Assembly (NCBI GenBank): GCA_965215005.1
Contig: CBDCCZ010000053.1
Span: 1 to 42,374, forward strand
Source of the DNA: Kofleriaceae bacterium
Lineage (GTDB): Bacteria; Myxococcota_A; Polyangia; Haliangiales; Haliangiaceae
Direction: 5' to 3'
DNA: 42,374 bases
The notes under the pieces are model-generated. The model was not told where the DNA came from and ran no database searches. It saw only the letters and a program-made list of their open reading frames with translations. The position numbers and the translations under genes were made by a program. Shown here one piece after another: positions 32,219 through 41,775 of this stretch (position 1 is the stretch's first letter; every line of letters starts with the position of its first letter).

Positions 32219-33295
32219 TTATAGGCCGGCAAAGTAGGCGCTAACCGCGGCGATTTGCTCATCGGTGAGCTGATGGCCGGCCACCTCGTGCATTAGCTCG
32301 ACGTAGCGGGTACCGCCGCGATGGCCGCTGCGAAACAGCTCGAGCTGCGTGGCCAGATACCAGGCCTGCTGCCCGGCAAGGCGCGGGTAGAGCTCGCGCC
32401 GAGGCTGCTGGCTCGGGCCGTGGCAGTCGATGCACGAGGGCAGGTTCTGCTCGGGGAGGCCGCGATTGGCGATGGTTCCGCCGAGCTCGGCGCTCTCGTT
32501 TTCGCCGAGCTCGAGGCGCTCGCTAGCGGTCGGCTGCATAGGGGGCAACTCCGCGTAGTAGCCAGCGGCGAGCTCGATCTCTGCCGGCGTGAGGCGGGCG
32601 GCGATGGGCTCCATCATGCCGCTGCCGCGCTCGCCGGCGGCGTAGGCCCCAAGCGAGGCGACGAGATAGTCGCGGCGCTGACCGGCGAGGCGCGGAAACG
32701 CCCCCGGCATTCTTCCTTGACCGTCGCTGCCATGACAGCGTGCGCAGCGCTCGAGCACCAACGGCGGCGGCTCATGGCGCGCATCCGGCGGCGCGAGGAT
32801 GAGCGCTCGATAGCCGGCAGCATCCAAGTCGCGCAGCGCGATCAAGAACGCGGTAACGGCCCATACCTCGTCGTCGCGGTGCAGCGCAGGCCACGCCGGC
32901 ATGCCGGTGAACTTGACGCCGTGCTTGACGATGTAGAAGAGCTCCTCGGGCGCCAGCTCGCGCGCGACCTCGGGAAGGTTGGGCGGGTGCGGAGTCATCG
33001 CTGCCGGTACTGGAGGCATGCGCCGATCCGGGGCGCCGTGGCAGAACGCGCAGCCGCTTTCGTAGTGGCCGGCGCCGCGCAGGATCAGCGCTGGGTCGCG
33101 CAAGTTCTCGGGGCTGGCGATACCGATGGAGTGGGTTGCCACCGAGCGGCGCATCGAGAACTTCAACATCCACGCGGTGATGGGCCAGTGCCCCGAGCTG
33201 GCGGTGATCGGAATCAGCCCAGAGGCGGCGACCGCAAAGCCCAAGGCAGCAAGACCCGCTATCGCCGCCGCCCCGCGTAGGATCCATTTCTTCAT
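32219..33295 (-). CDS. Triheme c-type cytochrome (N-terminal cytochrome c + c4/c553-like pair)
   Basis: CAFCH, CARCH, CIDCH; GVKFTGMPAW; PRLAGQ twice; N-terminal TM. Confidence 0.92.
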   Translation of the reverse strand: MKKWILRGAAAIAGLAALGFAVAASGLIPITASSGHWPITAWMLKFSMRRSVATHSIGIASPENLRDPALILRGAGHYESGCAFCHGAPDRRMPPVPAAMTPHPPNLPEVARELAPEELFYIVKHGVKFTGMPAWPALHRDDEVWAVTAFLIALRDLDAAGYRALILAPPDARHEPPPLVLERCARCHGSDGQGRMPGAFPRLAGQRRDYLVASLGAYAAGERGSGMMEPIAARLTPAEIELAAGYYAELPPMQPTASERLELGENESAELGGTIANRGLPEQNLPSCIDCHGPSQQPRRELYPRLAGQQAWYLATQLELFRSGHRGGTRYVELMHEVAGHQLTDEQIAAVSAYFAGL

Positions 33296-33912
33296 CGCCC
33301 ACGCTCCCTGCGCCAGAACAAATCGGCAGCGAGCGCCAATGCTCCGCCGAGATACGCAAGCCCTCCCGCCAGTAGCATGATGGCGCCGCCTAATTGCTGA
33401 TCATGAATGGGCGCTAGTCCGTATCCGGCGCCGTGGTGGCCGTAGAGCGTACGGTCGCCCAGAACCAGCAGCGCGCCGAGTAGCGTCATATGCATCGACG
33501 TGAGGAGCAGTCCGGTGATGCCGCCAGCGGCGCGCTCGCGACGCAACGCGCGGCCGCCGCCAAGCGCAGCCAGCCACAGAAACAGCCCCGCAGCCAGAAA
33601 CGAGCCCTGCTCGGCCACTTGCGCCCACGCGTGATGACGGGCGGCATGGTGAAGAGCGGGGGCGTGCCACGCCCAGACCAGCACCAGCTCCACCATGGAA
33701 GCGACGATGGGAGAGAACCGGCGCGGAGCGCGGGCGACCGGATCCCAGCGATGGCCGGCGAGAGCGAGCGCAAGCAGCGGCGCCGCCAGCGCGACCACCG
33801 CCATGTGCATGATCATGTGCGCCGAGAACGGCGGCAGCGCCAGGGTCGGCAAGAGACCCCATACGGTCGCCAAGATTGCCAGCCCAGCGGCGAGGAAGGC
33901 GAGGCGTCTCAT
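33292..33912 (-). CDS. ctaG: Caa3-type CtaG cytochrome oxidase assembly factor
   Basis: FSAHMIMHM..AAPLL, WAWHAP, DQQLGGAIM; multi-TM; ATG 33912 overlaps the upstream stop. Confidence 0.85.
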   Translation of the reverse strand: MRRLAFLAAGLAILATVWGLLPTLALPPFSAHMIMHMAVVALAAPLLALALAGHRWDPVARAPRRFSPIVASMVELVLVWAWHAPALHHAARHHAWAQVAEQGSFLAAGLFLWLAALGGGRALRRERAAGGITGLLLTSMHMTLLGALLVLGDRTLYGHHGAGYGLAPIHDQQLGGAIMLLAGGLAYLGGALALAADLFWRRERGR

Positions 33913-34307
33913 CGGCAGGTCACGAAAAACACTGAGGGGATGGCGACGAACACGATGCCCAGCACCGCCAGCCCACTCAAGAGGAGCGTCGCAAAGCCGA
34001 TGAAGCGATGCCGAGCTTCGGGGGTGTCGAAGCCGTGCTGGGCGGTGGCGCTGCCGCTGCCGCTGCCGCTGCCGAATCTGTGCCGCCGCAGGCCGCGAAA
34101 TCCGGTGGCCAGGGCCGCGGCGAGCGCTACCAGCGTATACACGAGCACCGCTAGGCGCGGCGTGGTGAGCGCCTGATGCTCCGAGGATTTGGCGCAATAG
34201 ATGGCCACGGTGGCGTAAACGGCCAGAAAATGGGCTAGCCAGATCGCTGGCGGGAGACTGAGCCACCAGAGGCTCTCCTGCTGTTCTTGTAGCTCGCGTT
34301 CGCTCAT
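33909..34307 (-). CDS. Small three-TM protein of the oxidase operon
   Basis: MSERELQEQQESLWWLSLPPAIWLAHFLAVYATVAIYC...; ATGA overlaps on both sides. Confidence 0.78.
   Translation of the reverse strand: MSERELQEQQESLWWLSLPPAIWLAHFLAVYATVAIYCAKSSEHQALTTPRLAVLVYTLVALAAALATGFRGLRRHRFGSGSGSGSATAQHGFDTPEARHRFIGFATLLLSGLAVLGIVFVAIPSVFFVTCR
34051..34074. repeat. (CTGCCG)x4 in-frame hexamer repeat encoding a Gly-Ser tract
   Basis: Read directly from the sequence. Confidence 0.8.
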
Positions 34308-36844
34308 GCCACCTGCGGGAAGCCGGCGACCACGGCGACGGCGATCAGGGTGGTGAGGGCGGTAAAGTGCCAATACAGCGACACGTTGACGATATCGATA
34401 TCGTGGCGTGCATCCATTCGGCCGGCGAGGCGACGCGCGGCGCAGTAGACGTGCATCAGCACGCCAATGCCGGCGTGAAGCGCCGTCCAAATCATCAGCA
34501 GCCACACAGTGGCAGGATAGACGTGGGCAGTGGGATCCATTCCGGCGGCCGCTGGAGCCCAGAGCAGCGCGGCAGCCCCCGCGACGGCAGAGCCGCTCGC
34601 CAAAGCGATGGCGCCGTAGAACAGCGCGGGCCAATCGCGGCGGTTGACGCTTCGCGCCGCAAGAGTGGCGAGCCAGGCCAGAAGCAGCAGGCCGCCGCCG
34701 GCTAGCGGCCAGCCCAATGCGAGCGCGGGAGCTTCTGCGGGAGGCCAGCTCTCATGCACTGTCCAATAAAAGAAATAGCCAAACACCAGCGCCATAAAGG
34801 CGGTGAGGTCGGCGAGCATGGTGATGAGCATGGCCCACCAACCGATGGATTTCGGTCCCGAGACGTAGATCGGCAGCTCCAACCCGAGCCCGACGGCTTT
34901 GGTCTCTTTTTCGGGAATGATTGCGGTGCCGGTCCACAGCCAAGTGAGAATGACAGCAACTGCAAGCACGCCGCTGCCGAGCGTGAGCCACCACCAGTGG
35001 AAGGTTGCAAAGATGAACACTCCGCCGGTAAACAGCGCGGCGATTAGCGCGAGAAACGTCGGTCCCGGGACTCGCAAACACTGGGTTGGTTTGGCATCGA
35101 CAGGGCTCGTCACCAAGGTCTCGCGCAAGCCCTCTTCGGCGTCGGGGAGATAGAAGCGGCCCTGGTCGACATCGCGGACGAAGTTCGGTTGATCCCATAG
35201 CGGATAGCGGCCATCGATCTCCGGGATCGAGCGCACTCCCCACGGCTTATCCGGCATCTCCGCGAGCCATTCCAGGGTGCCAGCGTTCCATGGATTGCGC
35301 TCCGAGTACGGTTGCTTCTTGCGCGGCCGCAGCACGTCAACCACGAACACCAAGATGCCACTGGCGAGCACGAACGCGCCGATGGTGGAGATGAGGTTTA
35401 GCGTGCCGAGCCCGAGCTCTTCCGGATAGGTGAAAATCCGCCGCGGCATGCCGAGGAGTCCCGTTAGGTGCATCGGCACGAACGTGACGTTGAAGCCGAT
35501 GAACATGAGCCAGAAACTCAGCCTTCCGAGCTTCTCCGACAGTTGCTTGCCCGTCACCAGCGGAAAGAAGTAGTAGACCCCGGCGGCAATGGGAAATAGC
35601 GTGCCGCCGATGAGCACGGAGTGCAGGTGACCGACCACGAAGTAGGTATCGTGGGCCTGCAGATCAAATGGCACCAGCGCGACCATGACCCCGGTGAGAC
35701 CGCCGATGACGAACGTCGACAGGCCGCCGAGGATGTACAGCATGGGCACGCGATAGGTAACGCGGCCAACGAGCAGGGTCGCGATGAAGCAAAACAGCTG
35801 CACGCCGGTGGGAACGGCAATGGCTTCGGAGGCGGCGGAAAAGATGCCCAGCGAAATGCCAGGCAAGCCGGTGGTGAACATGTGATGCACCCACAGGCCA
35901 AAGCTGAGAAAGCCGGTGCCGAGGGCAGCCAGTACGATCCAGCTGTAGCCAACCATCGGCGTCTTAGCCAGCGTCGGCACCATCATCGCGACGAGCGCAA
36001 CGGAGGGCAGGAAGACGATGTAGACCTCGGGATGTCCAAAGATCCAGAACAGGTGTTGCCAAAGCAGCGGATCGCCGCCGCGTGCGGGATCGAAGAACGG
36101 CCAATCGAGCAAGCGCTCGAGCTCGAGAAGGATATCGCCGGCGATCAGCGGCGGAAACGCAAACAGAATCATCGCCGCAACCACGAGGATGTACCAGGAG
36201 TAGAGCGGGATGAGGTTGATGCGCATGCCGGGGGGACGGCACTTGAGCACCCCAACCAATAGCTCGACCGCCGCCGCGATAGACGCAACTTCGATGAACG
36301 AGAGCCCCAGGAGCCAGATATCCGGCCCATAGCCTTCGATGTATTGGGTGCTGAGCGGCGGATACATGAACCAGCCGCCGCGCGGGCCGTGGCCGAAGAA
36401 GATCGAGCCGCACACGAACACTCCGCCGATGGCAAAGCACCAGAAGCCAAACGCCGAAAGCCGGGGAAACGGCAGGTCGCGAGCACCCAGCATCTGGGGC
36501 AGCACCATGATCGAGAACGACTCGAAGATCGGCACCGCAAACAAAAACATCATCACCGAGCCGTGCAAGGTGAAGAGCTGGTCGTAGAGCTCGGCCGATA
36601 CCAGGTCGTTGTCTGGCACTGCGAGCTGCGTGCGCATGATCAGCGCGAGCACCCCGCCAAACAGCAGGAACACCATCGCCAGCGCGGTGTACCAGAGGCC
36701 GACCTCGGTGTTGTTCACCGCCGACCAATAGCGCCAGCCTGTGGGTGTCTTCCACGCTTTGAGCAGGCGTTCTTCTTGGGCGCGCTGGAGCTCTTTAGGG
36801 GGCTCTTCGGCGAGCGGCTTGGGATCGCTTGGCGTGGTCTTCAT
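34304..36844 (-). CDS. ctaD: Cytochrome c oxidase subunit I fused to subunit III
   Basis: HGSVM, GHPEVY, WVHHMF, HDTYFVVGHLH, GMPRR; C-terminal subunit III-like region (GWWAMLITMLAD..LYWHF). ATG 36844. Confidence 0.95.
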   Translation of the reverse strand: MKTTPSDPKPLAEEPPKELQRAQEERLLKAWKTPTGWRYWSAVNNTEVGLWYTALAMVFLLFGGVLALIMRTQLAVPDNDLVSAELYDQLFTLHGSVMMFLFAVPIFESFSIMVLPQMLGARDLPFPRLSAFGFWCFAIGGVFVCGSIFFGHGPRGGWFMYPPLSTQYIEGYGPDIWLLGLSFIEVASIAAAVELLVGVLKCRPPGMRINLIPLYSWYILVVAAMILFAFPPLIAGDILLELERLLDWPFFDPARGGDPLLWQHLFWIFGHPEVYIVFLPSVALVAMMVPTLAKTPMVGYSWIVLAALGTGFLSFGLWVHHMFTTGLPGISLGIFSAASEAIAVPTGVQLFCFIATLLVGRVTYRVPMLYILGGLSTFVIGGLTGVMVALVPFDLQAHDTYFVVGHLHSVLIGGTLFPIAAGVYYFFPLVTGKQLSEKLGRLSFWLMFIGFNVTFVPMHLTGLLGMPRRIFTYPEELGLGTLNLISTIGAFVLASGILVFVVDVLRPRKKQPYSERNPWNAGTLEWLAEMPDKPWGVRSIPEIDGRYPLWDQPNFVRDVDQGRFYLPDAEEGLRETLVTSPVDAKPTQCLRVPGPTFLALIAALFTGGVFIFATFHWWWLTLGSGVLAVAVILTWLWTGTAIIPEKETKAVGLGLELPIYVSGPKSIGWWAMLITMLADLTAFMALVFGYFFYWTVHESWPPAEAPALALGWPLAGGGLLLLAWLATLAARSVNRRDWPALFYGAIALASGSAVAGAAALLWAPAAAGMDPTAHVYPATVWLLMIWTALHAGIGVLMHVYCAARRLAGRMDARHDIDIVNVSLYWHFTALTTLIAVAVVAGFPQVA

Positions 36845-37791
36845 TGCAGGCTCTCGAGGTACGTCGCGATCGCTACGAGGTCGGCGTCGGCAAGCATGTC
36901 GAACGCGGGCATGTGAACTCCGGGCTTGATTGCATCGGTGGCAGTGAGCCACTGAACGAAACCCTCGACATCGTTGTCGAGCACTCCGCTGATGCTGTGG
37001 CGCGAGCCGACGTGCGTCAGATCGGGCCCCACGGCGCCATCCGCCGCGGTCCCGCGGATGGCGTGGCAGGCGCCGCACCCGGTGGCGAGAAATAGGGTTT
37101 GCCCTTGGCGGGCTAGGGCGGTTTGCGGCGGTGCGGCGGGCTCGGCTTGGTGCGCCAGCCACGCCTCGTAGGCCGCGGGCTCCATGGTCACGGCGAAGAA
37201 CAACATCAACGCGTGTGACAGACCGCAGTATTCGGCGCAGACGCCGCGAAACACGCCCGCCCGCGTCGGCTCAACGCCCAAGTGCGTGGTGCGGCCGGGA
37301 ATGGCGTCGACCTTACCGGCGAGCGCAGGGATCCACAGCGAATGAACCACGTCGGGGCTGTCGACGGCGATGGCGACGCGTCGGCCGACCGGCAGACGCA
37401 CCTCGTTGGCGAGCTCGACGCTGCCGCCGTTGGGCAATGGGTAACGCACCCGCCACCACCACTGCTCGGCCGTGACTCGGACCGCAGGCTGAGAATCTGG
37501 CCCGAGCTCGAGGAGCCCGGGCAACATCGACAAACCACCGATTAGGAGGGCCGCGAGCGTGATGATGGGCAGCACCACGCCGCCGCCGACGATGAAGAGG
37601 TTTGCGAGCCGACGCGGGTGCTGTTCATCGGCTCGAATCACCGCATATAACGCGGTGCCCATGACCGCGAGCCAGATGATGAGCGCGCCGGCGGCCATGA
37701 TGAAGAACAGCGCGGCAATGCTTTCGGCATCGCGCCCAGCTGGATGGAGCGCCGATTGCGCGCTGCTACACGACGTCGTCAGGACCAGCAT
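36841..37791 (-). CDS. coxB: Cytochrome c oxidase subunit II with C-terminal cytochrome c (caa3 type)
   Basis: QWWW, DVVHSLW, CuA motif CAEYCGLSHALM, CGACH, GPDLT. Start uncertain (frame open to 37962). Confidence 0.93.
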   Translation of the reverse strand: MLVLTTSCSSAQSALHPAGRDAESIAALFFIMAAGALIIWLAVMGTALYAVIRADEQHPRRLANLFIVGGGVVLPIITLAALLIGGLSMLPGLLELGPDSQPAVRVTAEQWWWRVRYPLPNGGSVELANEVRLPVGRRVAIAVDSPDVVHSLWIPALAGKVDAIPGRTTHLGVEPTRAGVFRGVCAEYCGLSHALMLFFAVTMEPAAYEAWLAHQAEPAAPPQTALARQGQTLFLATGCGACHAIRGTAADGAVGPDLTHVGSRHSISGVLDNDVEGFVQWLTATDAIKPGVHMPAFDMLADADLVAIATYLESLQ

Positions 37792-38046
37792 CACCGCGCA
37801 CAGGAAGCGCCGCGTGATGCGTCCTGCGAAACCGCCGCGGATGCGGCGCGAGCTGCGAAGACCAGCAGCACTGGCCGGGCGAGGCGCCGAAGGAAGGGCG
37901 CGAGCAGCGGAGCTCCCGTGAGTTCGTACCAGTCGCTCCGCGTGGGCGCGCGTGATCAACATTGCGACGGCGGACGTTACGTCGTCTCGGCGCGGTTGTC
38001 TTCTCGATGAGGGCAGAACGTGAAGTCGCGCAAACCCCGGGAGCCA

Positions 38047-39228
38047 TTACTCGAGCTCTGCACCGACTGCGGCCATCAGCAGCCAGATCGGCTCGCTCTG
38101 GCCATCGCTGGCGCCGCGGTAGAGTCGAGCGCTCTCCAGCGCGCCAAACAGTCGCGACGGCAGCCGCACACGCATCTCCGCCGCCATGACCGCTTCGTCG
38201 TCGGTGCGGGCGAGCCACGCGGCCGCTTGCACGCGCGCAAACACCGGCACACCGAGCCGGGCCACCACCAGGCTCGGCAATCCAGCGCGCTGGACATACG
38301 CCGCCGACAGCTCGCCCCATCGCGGCAGCGCTGCCGCGACGCGTGCGGTTGCGCCGAGACCGCCGAGGGCGCCGGCGTTGGCGACGTCCAAGAGAGTGCC
38401 CATCGTGCCGTCGCTCGTCACGACGTGCTGCCGTTCGAGCTCGTAGAGCGGCCCGAGCCACGAGTTGACATACCCGCCGGTGCCGAGATTGGCCTCGAGC
38501 TGCGCGCTCAGCCGGCTGTGGTCGCGGCGCAGCTCAGCGCGCGCTCCCACGTGCAAACCGACGCCCAACCCGACGCCCCAAATCGCCTCGGTATAGCCGA
38601 TGATGCTCTCGTCTTCGTCTGCGGCGAGGAGCGCGTATTCGGCACCAGCAGTCAGTAGCGCAAGCACCGCCGTGGTGTCGGAGCGCGGTGCCGTGACATC
38701 GGCGACGATGCCGCCGCTGGCGCGCGCGTCATCGGCGATGGGGGCCGAGGCGCGCGCGGCGATGACCCGCGGCACGACGACGTCATCAGCGACGATTTCG
38801 AGCTCGACGTCGCGCCAGGCCGCGCCGACTTCGAGCCCGAGACGGCGATGATCCACGTTTAGGCCGGTGGTGAAGCCGTCGAGAACGGCGCCGTGCCCAA
38901 GCGTGGCGCCGGTGAGCACGCCGGCGGCAACGGTGGCGCGAACCGTATCGCCAGCGTGCACGAAGACCAAGTAGCGGAGCAACGTCGCCAGCTCGGAAGC
39001 CTCGTCCCAATCGGCGGTGCGCACGCCGTCGTCGCTCAGATAGCGCAGCCGGCCGCCGAACCCGAGCGCGTAGCTCGGTGCAGCGATGTCTATCCCTGCG
39101 TCGATCGAGCTCGCTGGGCTGGTCCCGAACATGCCGGCGCCCACGGCACCGGATGCGGACAGCTCTTGACCATGAGCAGCGGCGGGCGCAAGGACGACGA
39201 CAGCAACCAGCAGCGCAGTGAGACGCAC
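38047..39228 (-). CDS. Secreted protein, probable outer-membrane beta-barrel
   Basis: Signal peptide (..AAAHG-Q) and many amphipathic beta-strand patterns. Confidence 0.7.
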   Translation of the reverse strand: MRLTALLVAVVVLAPAAAHGQELSASGAVGAGMFGTSPASSIDAGIDIAAPSYALGFGGRLRYLSDDGVRTADWDEASELATLLRYLVFVHAGDTVRATVAAGVLTGATLGHGAVLDGFTTGLNVDHRRLGLEVGAAWRDVELEIVADDVVVPRVIAARASAPIADDARASGGIVADVTAPRSDTTAVLALLTAGAEYALLAADEDESIIGYTEAIWGVGLGVGLHVGARAELRRDHSRLSAQLEANLGTGGYVNSWLGPLYELERQHVVTSDGTMGTLLDVANAGALGGLGATARVAAALPRWGELSAAYVQRAGLPSLVVARLGVPVFARVQAAAWLARTDDEAVMAAEMRVRLPSRLFGALESARLYRGASDGQSEPIWLLMAAVGAELE

Positions 39229-39405
39229 ACCGAATCGTCGCGCGGGGGCGGGCGAGCGGCAACTTCTTGGCGCGACTCGGGGTTAGAACATCTCTAAACA
39301 GCTAGCGATGGCCTCGTGCACGCTCCCGCGGACCATCTCGATTTTGCTGTCGCCTCATGACGCCGCGTCTTGCGGTCCACGCGCGTCTCCGGCAGCATTC
39401 GCGGC

Positions 39406-39909
39406 ATGTCTAACTTCGCCCAGCATGTCGCTTATCGCCCACGGATTTCTGTCTACTCGAGCTTGGCTTTCCTCATCGTGCTCGCCGCTTGCGGCTCGAG
39501 CAAGCCCGAGGTCGAGCCCACGCCCTCGCCGGAACCGATGGCGGAGACGGGCACGACGGAGTCGCCCGCGGAGTCGCCCGCCGGCGATGATATCCCCCGC
39601 GATGCGGTGTACTTCGCCCACGACTCGGCGGAGCTCGATGCCGAAGCGCGCGCGGCGCTCGATGAGCAAGTCATCTGGATGAAAGAGAACCCGACGCGCG
39701 AGGTCGTGCTCCACGGCTACGCCAGCGACGTTGGCGAGCCCACCTACAACCTCACTCTCGCCAACAATCGCGCCAACGCCATCCGTGAGTATCTCGTCAG
39801 TCAGGGTATCGACATCGGTCGCGTCTCGGTTCGCTCGCACGGCGAAGAGGGGCCCGAGCTCGATCCGGCCATCGAGCGGCGTGCGGTCTTCGCGACCGAC
39901 CGGCAGTAA
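39406..39909 (+). CDS. OmpA/Pal-family peptidoglycan-binding lipoprotein
   Basis: LAAC lipobox, VYFAHDSAEL, LHGYASDVG..YNLTLANNRA, SHGEE, ERRA. Confidence 0.9.
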   Translation: MSNFAQHVAYRPRISVYSSLAFLIVLAACGSSKPEVEPTPSPEPMAETGTTESPAESPAGDDIPRDAVYFAHDSAELDAEARAALDEQVIWMKENPTREVVLHGYASDVGEPTYNLTLANNRANAIREYLVSQGIDIGRVSVRSHGEEGPELDPAIERRAVFATDRQ

Positions 39910-39933
39910 CCACGTAATCGTGTCGCGACTGCT

Positions 39934-40767
39934 CTACGGCGCTGGATGAGCGATGTAGAAGCCCTGCACGAGATCGCAGCCGAGCGCTTCTAAACAGTCG
40001 AGCTCGGCCGCGGTTTCGACGCCCTCGGCGATGACGGCGATGCCGTGATCGCGGCAGATGCCGAGGATGTCGCGCACGATGCGCTGTTGCACGACAGACT
40101 CATCGATGCTGCGCACCAAGCCCATGTCGAGCTTCAAGTAATCCACCAAGGTCGGGCACACGTGCCCGGTTCGCAAGTGCCCGGCGCCAAAGTCGTCGAT
40201 GGCAATGCCAAAGCCGCGCTCGCGCAGCTCGCGCAGCCGCTCGTGCAGCCCCTGCACGCAGTCCCAAGGAGTGCGTTCGGTGAGCTCGAGAATCAGCCGG
40301 TCGGCCAGCCGGGTGAGCGGCGCCGCCGCATCGGACAAGTCCGAGGAGACGATGTCGTCGGCGCTCACGTTGACGAACACCACCCCGTCGCGGCGTAACA
40401 TCGCGGCGATATCGCGCGCGGCAACACTGCGCGCGCGAGCCGCGAGCTCGGCAGTGCGATCGAGCTGAGCGGCGGCCTCGAGAATGGCCATCGGCATCGG
40501 CAGGCCCGGCTCGCGCGAGCGCATCAGTGCTTCCGACCCGACGCTGCGCCCGCTTTGGGTGCATACAATGGGTTGGAAGAACATTCGCATCGATGCCAGC
40601 GCGCGCTCGAAGGTGTCACCGAGGGTGGTGTCGGGCGGTGTCAGTGGCAATGCGTGCGGATAGCAGTCCGGGGCGAGGGCACGCTCTGCTCGCTCGAGCG
40701 AACCCGAGCCGACATCCGCGAGCAGACTCTCGCGTAGGGTTGTGACCAACGACTCACCCATCCTCAT
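39934..40767 (-). CDS. Stand-alone EAL-domain (c-di-GMP phosphodiesterase-like) protein
   Basis: FQPIV, EALMR, FVNVS, ELTE, IAIDDFG, LKLD, AEGVET, QGF. Confidence 0.92.
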   Translation of the reverse strand: MRMGESLVTTLRESLLADVGSGSLERAERALAPDCYPHALPLTPPDTTLGDTFERALASMRMFFQPIVCTQSGRSVGSEALMRSREPGLPMPMAILEAAAQLDRTAELAARARSVAARDIAAMLRRDGVVFVNVSADDIVSSDLSDAAAPLTRLADRLILELTERTPWDCVQGLHERLRELRERGFGIAIDDFGAGHLRTGHVCPTLVDYLKLDMGLVRSIDESVVQQRIVRDILGICRDHGIAVIAEGVETAAELDCLEALGCDLVQGFYIAHPAP

Positions 40768-40952
40768 ACAGTGTCGTTGCGTTTCGGCCGCCGCGGGTTG
40801 AAAAAAACATCGCTTTTTGCGCTTTGGCGCCGCACCTCGCCGAAAGTACCTGGTTTTGCTGTGCTAGCTAGCCTGCGCACGGGTTGTGAGAGCTTGTGGC
40901 TGCGCACCTACAAGGTGCGCGAGCGGCAGAGGGGTCATGGTATGCATGCGCG

Positions 40953-41636
40953 ATGCGCGCCGCCGAGGAGCTCCTTGCCCGGTACGGCCCCGACACCATC
41001 GTCAGCGGGCTTGGCTCCATCCTCTCCGCGGAGCGGCGCGAGCGAATCGAACAGGTCCTCGATGCGCGCCTCGCGAGTCTCACCGTGGTGCTCGAGGACC
41101 TTCACGATCCACATAATGGCGCCGCCGCGCTGCGTTCGATCGAGGCCTACGGGATTGCCGAGCTGCACGTGGTGGAACCCCGCGAGCGGTTCCGCTACTC
41201 GGCGGGGGTCACGCGGGGGTGTGAGAAGTGGCTTTCGATCCATCGGCACCGCGGTATCGAAGCGGCCGCACAGGCGCTGCGGTCGCGCGAGTTCCGGCTC
41301 TACGCCACGGCGCCGGAAGCCACCAGCGACATCGATACGGTCGATGTGTCGCACCCGTTCGCGGTGATGTTTGGCAACGAGCACGATGGCATCTCGGCGG
41401 CGACCCTGGCGATGTGCGATGACGTCATGGCGATTCCCATGTTTGGGTTCACCCAGAGCTTCAACCTGTCGGTTTCGGTGGCGGTTGCCGTGCAGCGGCT
41501 GGCGGCGCGTCGGCGCGCTGCGCTCGGGGTCGTTGGCGATCTTGCAGACGCAGAGCGTGCGCGGCTGCGCGCGCGCTGGTATCTCCAGGACGTGCGCGGG
41601 GCATCCGAGATCTTGAGGCGGTATGTGGCAGAGTAG
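40953..41636 (+). CDS. trmH: TrmH/SpoU-family RNA 2'-O-methyltransferase
   Basis: VVLEDLHDPHNGAAALRS, FGNEHDGIS, IPMFGFTQSFNLSVS. Confidence 0.88.
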   Translation: MRAAEELLARYGPDTIVSGLGSILSAERRERIEQVLDARLASLTVVLEDLHDPHNGAAALRSIEAYGIAELHVVEPRERFRYSAGVTRGCEKWLSIHRHRGIEAAAQALRSREFRLYATAPEATSDIDTVDVSHPFAVMFGNEHDGISAATLAMCDDVMAIPMFGFTQSFNLSVSVAVAVQRLAARRRAALGVVGDLADAERARLRARWYLQDVRGASEILRRYVAE

Positions 41637-41775
41637 ACGCGCCAATCGTGGCGCGTATGACGCGCTACGCAGCGCAGCGTGGCCGGCGTGGCGGCTCGGC
41701 GGTTGCATTCGCGCTCCGCTGCTGCTGCCGCGGATCGACGCAGCTGCGAGACGATGGCAAGGCAATAGAGGACGA

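Noticed and set aside
34051..34074. Phase-variable simple sequence repeat
   Set aside because: The unit is 6 nt, so copy-number change preserves the frame and only alters a Gly-Ser linker.
34304..36844. Nitric oxide reductase instead of oxygen reductase
   Set aside because: The helix VI Tyr of HPEVY is present, with a CuA subunit II and a subunit III fusion.
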